A stretch of DNA of 64,000 bases from NCBI RefSeq assembly GCF_006345805.1, contig NC_042999.1:119474001-119538000 (forward strand). The letters run 5' to 3'. Below, in pieces: positions 55,650 through 64,000 of the stretch. The notes beneath the pieces were generated by a model, which was not told the DNA's origin, did not search any database, and was given only the letters and a program-made list of their open reading frames with translations. The DNA is from Octopus sinensis (lineage: Eukaryota). The translations under genes were made by a program, and so were the position numbers. How positions within the stretch are numbered: position 1 is the first letter of the stretch; each line of letters opens with the position of its first letter.

Positions 55650-57443
55650 AAAGGAATGAAAAGTTGTAGAGTCTCATGAGTATGTGTGAGTAGGAGAGTT
55701 ATTTAGTATGTTTTCAAAAGAATTGGCTAATTAGCTGTTTGCTTATAGCTGTGTCCTTAAATACAGAATCTACATATATGTATACATATATGAAGATTCT
55801 TGTGAGTGCTTCTGTATTTAGATATGTCTATAGGTGATTAAGTGTGCACAGCTGGTGACATGATTGTGAAAAATCTCAAAAGCAGGAGAGATAATTTCCA
55901 GGAACAATGGTTTTTAAAATATACCTAAAAGACACATTTATATACTAATTAATATAGGCGTGGTTGTGTTGTAAGAAGCTTGCCTGCCAACAACATGATT
56001 CTGGGTTCAGTCTCACTGCATGGCACCGTGGAGCAAGTGTCTTCTACTATAGCCTCAGGCTGACCAAAGCCTTCGGAGTGGATTTGGTAGAAGGAAACTG
56101 ACAGAAGCCCACCGTATATGTTTGTGTGTTTGTGTGTGCACATGCATGCGCATGTATGTGTGTGTGTGTGTGGGGAGGGGGTGAATGTGATTCTGTCTGT
56201 ATTTGTTCTTCAACCACTGCTTGGCAACCAATGTTGGTGTGTTTACATCTCCCTAACTTAGCAGTTCAGCAAAATGGACCAACAGAATAAATACCAGGCT
56301 TAAACACACAAAGTACTGAGTTGATTCATTCGACTAAAATTCTTAAAGGAAGTGCCCCAGTATGGCCATAGTCTAATGACTGAAACAAGTAAAAAAAAAA
56401 ACACTATGTGATTAACCAATCTATCCGATATTGTTATACATCGCTGGCCATACTGCGATTTGTGTTGTTTTAGCTTTCAGATGATGCCACTCCACTGGCA
56501 AGATGAGGAGGTGAAACACTCCGTAGCCCCAATCAGAAGGTTAGTCTGTCTCAGGCTTACCCTTTTATAGCTGAGTAGATGGGAGCAATATAAAACAAAG
56601 TGTTTTGCTCAAGAACACAGCGTTCAATCTGGGAATTGAACCCATGGTCTAGTGACTGTGAATGCGTATATGTATTTAAGTATGCATAAAAGTTTTAAAA
56701 AAAGGATCAAAGGTTATTTCTAAGCTACAGAGTTAAAAGGCTATTCCTGGATTTTGTGGCTTATATATTCTTTTCTACTCTAGGCACAAGCAAGGCCCGA
56801 ATTTTTTGGGGAGTGGGCTAGTTGATTAGATCGGTCCTAGTATGCAACTGGTACTTAATTTATTGACCCCAAAAGGATGAAAGGCAAATTCAACCATGGC
56901 GGAATTTGAACTCAGAACATAAAGACAGACGAAATACCACTAATCATTTCGCCCAGTGTGCTAACGTTTCTGCCAGCTTGCCACCTGTCTGTGGCTTAAA
57001 TATTGCCTCCTGGGTGGGACACTGGTCTCTTACAAGATTGCTTACTTTTGCTAGCTAAGTGGACTGGAGTAAATATGCAATGAAGTGTTTTACTCAAGAA
57101 CACAATGCATCAACTGGTGCAAGAAACAAAACTACAAACAGACAAAAAACCTATAATGGTCATGGGCACAACACCCTAACCACTAAGCCATGCACCCACA
57201 CGTAAATATGTATTTTTATTCTCTCTTTTATGCTTTTGCTTATATCAGTTATTTGACTGCAGTCATGCTGGAGCATCGCTTTTAGTTGAACAAATCAACC
57301 CCAGGACTTATTCTTTGTAAGCGTACTACCTATTCCACTGGCCTCTTTTGCCGAACCACTAAATTATGGGGATGTAAACATACTCACATCAGTTGTCAAG
57401 CACTGGTGGGTGGGGGAGACAAATACAGACACACAAATATATA

Positions 57444-57854
57444 CAGATAGGAACTTAATAAGGTTCAGAAATTGATCAAGATTGTTCATCATTCTTTCAG
57501 TCTGTTGAGAAATGGCTAAAATTTGCTGTGTTTATAATTATACCATATGTTAAGCATATATTATATCATACCATGATTCTGTGTGGACTAAGATCCCCAT
57601 TGGCAGGCTGCTGGTATTTATAGTGCTAAACACTTTCAGTATGCAAATTAGAGATGCCTTCATAGAATAACTGCTGCATTTGTTGAGTGTATAAAAAGTT
57701 TGGCTGCTTGTTTCTCTGGAGATTGTTAAGATGATGTGGATGCCTCTGATGAGAACCTAATAAGGTTCAAAAATTGATTAAGGTTGTTCATCGTTTTTTC
57801 ACTCTGCAGAGAAATGACTAAAATTTACCCTGTTTATAATTATACCATGTGTTA
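57444..57854 (+). mobile_element. 1.35-mer of a 302-bp unit carrying a hammerhead motif at the unit boundary (retrozyme-like or PLE-derived), inserted into a SINE microsatellite
   Basis: 57444-57550 is repeated at 57746-57854 (offset 302). Both copies begin with a hammerhead or hammerhead relic. Flanks are the two halves of a reverse family B SINE. Confidence 0.7.
57742..57784 (+). ncRNA. Minimal type I hammerhead ribozyme, one core mismatch
   Basis: GCCT-CTGATGA-GAACC TAATAA GGTTC-AAAA-AT TG AT T A-AGGT. Stem I GCCT/AGGT, perfect 5-bp stem II, stem III AAT/ATT. G12>A lies in a CpG context. Confidence 0.7.
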
Positions 57855-57865
57855 CACACACACAA

Positions 57866-57906
<41 letters not shown>

Positions 57907-58024
57907 CGGTTTCTTTCAGCTTCCATCTACCAAATCCATTCACAAGGCTTTGGCTGGCCTGCATGGTTATAGTAGAGGACACTTGCCCAAAGTGTCATTC
58001 ACTTTCTATATATGTATAGATGTA

Positions 58025-58120
58025 TACCTTCTCTAGTAGAGGAGGTATTCAGTACTGAAGAGAGACAGAAATAGCCCGAAACCAGAACTGGTCTATTGGT
58101 CCCGTCACTAGAAGGGGGTA
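58025..58120 (+). ncRNA. Type I hammerhead ribozyme with intact catalytic core and extended stem I
   Basis: CAGTA-CTGAAGA-GAGACAGAAATAGCCC-GAAA-CCAG AA CTGG-TC-TATTG. Core CUGAAGA/GAAA/GUC intact; stem I CAGTA/TATTG; stem III ACCAG/CTGGT; distal stem I pairing 58025-58042 with 58102-58120. Stem II imperfect. Confidence 0.82.
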
Positions 58121-58244
58121 GTCATTTGCTCCCCTGCTTGTAATTTATCAGATGCAGCTATGCATCATTGACCAGTTAGAGGAGATGTCCTCTTGGGGTA
58201 AAAAACTTGCACTAGTGTCACTTAAAGTGGCCACGAACATTACT

Positions 58245-58290
<46 letters not shown>

Positions 58291-58294
<4 letters not shown>

Positions 58295-59090
58295 CAGTTA
58301 TCACCAAGCTAATATGGCAGTCCATAAATATAAGACTAAAGCTGCCGTTGATTAGCTCCAAGTGGCCATCGCCTCTAGCTAGCTATATGACACACGAACC
58401 TGTGTCCATTATAACTTTCCAACAAGGGAGGTCAGCCACTTCCCCTTGCTGGTCAGGCATCTGCAGACATGTTTCAGGTTATTTGCCCTTTATCAATGCA
58501 GAGTAGCCAAATTAGGTATGTGTTGCTACTGACTGTCTGTTCGAAGAATTATTTACCTAATTTCAGTGGAATACATCCACTGGTTATCAAAAATAGAAAT
58601 ATTATTATTTCTAAGTCCCTCTAAAGGAGACTATGGCAGCGGTATTGGATATTAGTAGTTATCGCCAAGCTAATATGGCAGTCCATAAATATAAGACTAA
58701 AGCCATATTAGCTTGGCGATAACCGTTAATATGCAATACTGTTGCTGTAGCCTCCTTTAGAGTACTTAGAAATAATGATATCTCTATTTTTGTTAACCAG
58801 TGGATGTATTCCACTGAAATTAGATAAATAATCCTTCGAATAGATGGTTAGCGGTGATGCCTGCTGGGTTTGACTGCTCTGTGTTGATAAAGGCTGACCT
58901 CCCTTGTTTGAAAGTTATAATGGACACAGGTTCGTGTGTCATATAGCTAGCTAGAGGTGATGGTCTCTTGGAGCTAATCAACAGCAGCTTCAGTCTTATA
59001 TTTATGGACTGTCATATTAGCTTGGCGATAACTGTAAATATCCAGTACTGCTGTCGTAGTCTTCTTTAGAAGGACTTAGAAATAATAATA
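58291..59090. repeat. About 800-bp imperfect palindrome built from a ~361-bp tandem unit
   Basis: Left run 58291-58703 (unit restarts at 58658 vs 58297). Inverted run 58702-59090 (period 309 because of a ~52-bp deletion). Central 22-bp inverted arms around a 22-nt spacer (58680-58701). Confidence 0.92.
58460..58502 (-). ncRNA. Degenerate minimal type I hammerhead in the palindromic element
   Basis: Minus strand: TCTGCA-TTGATAA-AGG GCAAATAA CCT-GAAAC AT GTC-TGCAGA. Perfect 6-bp stem I, palindromic ACATGT stem III, GUC triplet. Core reads UUGAUAA instead of CUGAUGA. Confidence 0.6.
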
Positions 59091-59599
59091 ATAATAATAA
59101 TATATATATATATATATAGGTGCAGGCATGGCTGCATGGTAAGATGCTCACTTCCCAACCACATTCTTCCAGGTTCAGTCACACTGTGTGGCTCCCTGGA
59201 CACTATAGTCTCAGTCTGACCAAAGCCTTGTGAGTGGATTTGGTAGAAGGAAACTGAAAGAAGACTGTCATGTGCGTGTGTGTGTGTCCTTGTGTTTTGT
59301 GTTTCTTCACCCTCCACTGCTTGACAGCCAGTAAAAGTGTGTTTACATCTCTGTAACTTAGCATTCAACATAAGACACTGATAGAATAAGAACCAGGTTT
59401 AAAAGAAACAAAAAAGTACTCGGATCAAATCTTTCGACTAATTTTCTTTAAAGCGTCACCCCAACATGGGCGTTGTCTAATAACTGGAACATGTAAAGTA
59501 AAACAAAAAGATAATAGATATACATATGCATATATAATTATATATATGTGCATATATATATGTAATAATATAAATAATATATATATATATATATATATA

Positions 59600-60600
59600 T
59601 GCATATATGGGTACAGGACGTCACAAACTGTAAACAATATGAAATATGAAAACAACATGAAATATCAAAACAAATAAGTTGAATACACAAACAAGAGAAG
59701 CAAATGGAAAACAGGACAAATATCATGAAGAGCGACCCTTCATCAGATGTTATCTGTCCATCTACTCCTCATTTCGAGCATTGAACGACAAAGATGAAAA
59801 ATGGTTATTAATACATTTTTTTAATATTTATCAAACATCTTTTATATATAAAATTGCCAGCCTTAGTATTAATAACCATTTTTACATCTTTTAAACTCAA
59901 ACATAAAGCCTATTGTACATTCTTATCTAGCAAGATTTGGGAACTGAAGGAAAGTGCGATCGAATTTTGCCATAAATGGGATCTAATACAGAAAGTACAG
60001 CCTTATTGAGATAGTCGACATGGATGTGAGCTGTGCTCAATGGAAACTTATGAGATTTTCAAGTATAGGGACCATAACAACCTGATTGATAATAGATTAG
60101 ACCTAAGGGTATCTGCGTACATAGAATCACCTATACGTTTAAGTATTTTCGTAATTAGTGATTATAGGTGGTATACTTGAACTTTGATGATGGAAATTAA
60201 TTTTGGTGTCGTATCTGTTGTGAACTTTCCTTCTAGTATTATATATAATAAAATCATGGGATATTGAGTTATATGGTGAATTAAATTGCATTGCATATGT
60301 TATAAGCTATATGGTATGTGGTGTGCTACATGCAATTACTATCCCATGAAGACTCCTGTCTAGTTAGTCTCACTTCATCATGTTTTTGGTCATTAAACTA
60401 TTTGTTCCTCTCTATGATGTTCTACCCTGCTGATCATATTATGTATACTTGTAATGGTTTTATGTAAGTCCCCTAGAAACTATAAAATCATATATGTGAT
60501 TGAACCTGTAACATAGCAACTTATAAAATCTCTTCAGTCTGAATACCTCCAACTGCCCTCACAACTCCTATACCTACTACTTCCTCTTCTGGGGTTATCT
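59600..60600 (+). mobile_element. Penelope-like fragments (GIY-YIG C-terminal region at about 59860-60150)
   Basis: FLSSKIWELKESAIEFCHKWDLIQKVQPY*DSRHGCELCSMETYEI resembles the C-terminal W..W..Y..CxLC region of PLE endonucleases. Boundaries uncertain. Confidence 0.65.
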
Positions 60601-60894
60601 TTATCTCTTTCCTACCTCAAATTTTAATACCCTGTCTCTTTAAATGTAAGTTATATATATTTCTTATCATTTTCCATAAATTCTTATTATTTTGTTTTCT
60701 TACTTTGATATCCTTACTTATTAACCTCTTATCCCTATAAGTTGTTACTGTTCTTAAATAGAAATAGATACCTTCTAGTTACTTAAGTCTATGCAAGATG
60801 GTTATACTATATCCATACAAACGTATAAATATTTGTGTATGTGTGCATGTGTGCACATAGATAAATATGTGTGTGTATCTGTGCTCAACTTTAC

Positions 60895-60992
60895 TTTTTC
60901 TGATTCTTGGCTTATAATTAATATATCAATAGCATGTGTATCTTTCCAGTATTCCATAAGTAAATGCCCAGAGCCGTCTTTATAGAAACCAC
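60895..60992 (-). CDS. Candidate internal coding exon of an unidentified gene
   Basis: Acceptor tttatttatcag|G, donor AAA|gtaaag; 98 nt, open frame (G)GFYKDGSGHLLMEYWKDTHAIDILIISQESEK; non-repetitive. No family recognised. Confidence 0.35.
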
Positions 60993-61842
60993 CTGATAAA
61001 TAAATAATTAAGTACATGAATAAATATTAAACTGATTCATATGTAATCTTCCCTTTTTAATGTTGAAAATTGATAAATATAAACATTTTATCTATTTTGG
61101 TTATGATATCATTTTTGATAATCTTAAATTTTATCTATATACAACATAACAATATTGTTTATAAACAATCACCCATAGTACCCCATGATAAAATTCCTTT
61201 GTATTAACATCACAGGTTTCATTAGCATCTTGCCCCTTTAACTGATAGTTAACATCAGGATTTGTAATCTTCCCTTACCCAGCCTCCTTTATAGACAGAT
61301 ACTTTATACCTAATTCACTACTAAAATCTTAACAATATTTATGACCATATCTAGCCATGTGCTGTGAACTCACTCTTGCCCTTCATTCTAAACAGACACA
61401 GTCTTCTAGTCTTAGATTTAGTAGTTGATAAAAAGACTAATAAATTAAAAATGAACTGCAATCCTTTACAATTTATGACCCCAGTGGGCTTCATGCCATT
61501 CTTGGAAATGTAGTCTATTCTTAGCTACAATAGCAACAACATGGATTTCTTCCATCTTCATGCCCCGTTAAAGTATTTGAGTAAAATTATATTAATGTGT
61601 CTGACTGATTAAAAATTCTATTTATTTATTTGTGCAGCTGATGATAGCATTGCATTTAAATTGATGCAATGATAGCATTGTTCAATTAAATGGAGCTGCT
61701 TGAAACGGTCATACTGCATCAATTCTTGATATCCTGTTGCTTATTTTGATTTTATTCACCTCACTTTGAGCTGTGCAGATTATACCAGACTGACTTGGTG
61801 CTTCAACTTAAGTACTGAATCCAACAGAATCTCAGTTATTTT

Positions 61843-61898
<56 letters not shown>

Positions 61899-62136
61899 GT
61901 TGAGGTGTGTTCCATTAAGAACATATTAGAGTACAAAATAGAGCTTGGTAAACCTTAGAATTACCAGGTAGTCAGCAGGATTATAGTATACTACCAATTA
62001 TAAGCTTCAGCTTTCCTCATGTGTGAAAAATGAAACAGAAGGAATAAATAGAATCAAAAGGAAGAGGGAATATGATTTGATAGCTGTTTAATGACAACTA
62101 CACATTTCGATACAACATAGATCACATATATAAAGG

Positions 62137-62174
<38 letters not shown>

Positions 62175-62254
62175 GAGGCATATATATATATGTATAGCTA
62201 TATTAAATCTCTGAGCAAGACGTGAACAGTAACAGTACAGAATTGTAAAATATA

Positions 62255-62575
62255 TTTGCCAACTAAATGTGACAGTTCCAACTAAAGTACAAATATATGG
62301 GAAACTACCACCTGTATCATCTTTTGTGAAAGGTAGAAGAGTCCAGTTTGCTGGACATTGTTGTAAAGCTGAAAATGAGTTAATTTCTACTCTTCTCCTC
62401 TGGAAGCCATCTGCTCATGATACCAGAGGGTGCACACTCTCCTACCCTGATGTAATCTCCAGGGATACAGTCATCCAGCAACAGGATCTCCGTAATACTA
62501 TGATGGACCCTGAAGTCTGGCGTAACATAGTAAATTCCAGTGTCTCGACCATGGTTGAACAATGATGATGATTGT
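62255..62575 (+). mobile_element. RTE-like LINE 3' fragment
   Basis: IYGKLPPVSSFVKGRRVQFAGHC...LLLWKP...DLRNTMMDPEVWR followed by a short (TGA)n tail. Confidence 0.75.
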
Positions 62576-62678
62576 TATTTTTAGCCCCTGGAAGACATCT
62601 CTTCCACATGGCTAACGACACACTGGCTATGTCCAATTAGTATTTGCAAGGGATGTGATTATGTCTGTATTGTATATA

Positions 62679-63542
62679 CAGAGTGTGATGGGTAAATTGT
62701 CACCATTTTATATTTTTGATTTCGCGCATGTGCATTGTTTGTTTTTGATTTTGTCAACTACATGGTATAGTAGGGTCAGTTGGGCAATGTCAGTGAGAAA
62801 AACAGCACCATGATGCAATTAACCTAGCCAGAAATTTGAAAACAACATGTTGTACAGCTTGGCATTCGTGCTGGAAGCTCCAATATGAACATTTCAGAGT
62901 GTTTGGGTGTCAATCTGAGGACAGTGTATGTACCAAGAGTGATAAAAAACAAACATGCAATCAACATCACAGTGTTTGAAATGACCACTAATGATAACAA
63001 CGTTATGCCTCCATTCTTCATGCAGCCTCAGACTCAACACGGAGGCCTGCATCAATGGCCCAGAGGAAGTAGTGCTGCTCTAGATCAAAAGAGTGGCTTC
63101 TGGAAGACTCTATGTCTGGCAACAGGACTCTGCACCATGCTACACAAACAGAACTCAGTCACGGCTATCAGACAATTTCTGCAACCATATCACACCTAAA
63201 ATCTGGCCACCTAACTCCCCAGACTGTAGCCCCCTTCATTATTATGTATGGGTTCCAGTTGAGCAAGAGACCAACAAAACTCCTTGTAGCACCAAAAATG
63301 AACAGAAGGCAAGAATTACGGCAGCATTCACCAACTCATACAAGGAGACCATCCAGGAGAGTTGCAGAAGATTCTGAAGTTGTTTGGAGGCTGTGGTTGA
63401 AACTAATGATGATTTTATTGAATAAATTTAGTCTTTAGTATTTCAAGATATTTTTATGTAATTTTGGTAATTATACCTGTTTAAATGCGATGTCAATGTT
63501 ATTTTCATTTTTGTGTAATTTAGACGACAATATATTCACCTG
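62679..63542 (+). mobile_element. Internally deleted maT/DD37D-like transposon
   Basis: TA + CAGAGTGTGATGGGTAAATTGTC left end. HTH (SECLGVNLRTVY) fused directly to VPRVIKNKH; WQQDSAPC and WPPNSPDCSPLHYYVW motifs. Degenerate right TIR (GACGACAATATATTCACCTG). Confidence 0.8.
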
Positions 63543-64000
63543 CATATATATGTGTGTGTGTGTGTGCGTGTTTGTATATATATATATATATACATACACA
63601 TACATGCATATATATACATATAAATATATATATACATACATACATACATGCATTCACACACACACACATATATATACACACATTTATATATATATTTATA
63701 TATACATACATATTTGCATGTATATATTCTATGTGTGGTTATTTGATCTATGTCCGAACTAATATACCAGAATTATTGTTTGAACAGACCACCTATATGA
63801 AAATTAGAGAAGACAGTAACTATAATAAATCAATAAATCATTAATTCAACAGATTGATGGGTGTGATCATCTCAACAAAAATCTGCCATCCATCAGGGGG
63901 GATTGATCTTTCTTTGATCTTTGATAAGCAATAAACTCCTTCCTCAACCATCACAACTTTTCCATATACTGCTCACTTTTCACTCTTCACTCTGACCTTG

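Noticed and set aside
59720-59750. CTGATGA on the minus strand followed by a small hairpin
   Set aside because: No GAAA after the putative stem II and no stem I/III, so a hammerhead is not supported.
61050-61450. Possible Penelope RT remnant (YKQ..., LDLVV-like traces)
   Set aside because: Too decayed to support by eye.
61638-61680. CTGATGA followed by a CATTGCAT/ATGCAATG hairpin
   Set aside because: No GAAA or cleavage triplet in register.

Overview
AT-rich, repeat-dominated eukaryotic genomic DNA. The SINE families and microsatellite load suggest an octopus genome (inference). No host protein-coding gene can be named; only a few weak candidate exons are visible. The window contains: five Tc1/mariner relics (three DD34D mariners, one DD34E Tc1 and two maT/DD37D-like copies counted as one lineage); a decayed hAT (Buster/Charlie-like) element; 5'-truncated RTE and Dong/R4 LINE fragments; Penelope-like (GIY-YIG) fragments; dozens of tRNA-derived SINEs; and a 6.1 kb Helitron (45462-51569) with TC...CTAG ends, a 3' hairpin and a frameshifted RepHel gene with nine 23-aa STPR-like repeats. 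The most interesting signal is a set of hammerhead ribozyme motifs. Three unrelated small hammerhead-bearing elements cluster in 57444-59090: a 302-bp tandem unit with the motif at the unit junction, a type I hammerhead with intact catalytic core and extended stem I at 58025-58120, and an 800-bp palindrome of a ~361-bp unit. Two more relic motifs lie at 11871-11916 and 37798-37833. These resemble retrozyme-like or Penelope-derived non-autonomous elements. All structure calls were made by eye; SINE and LINE fragment boundaries are approximate.
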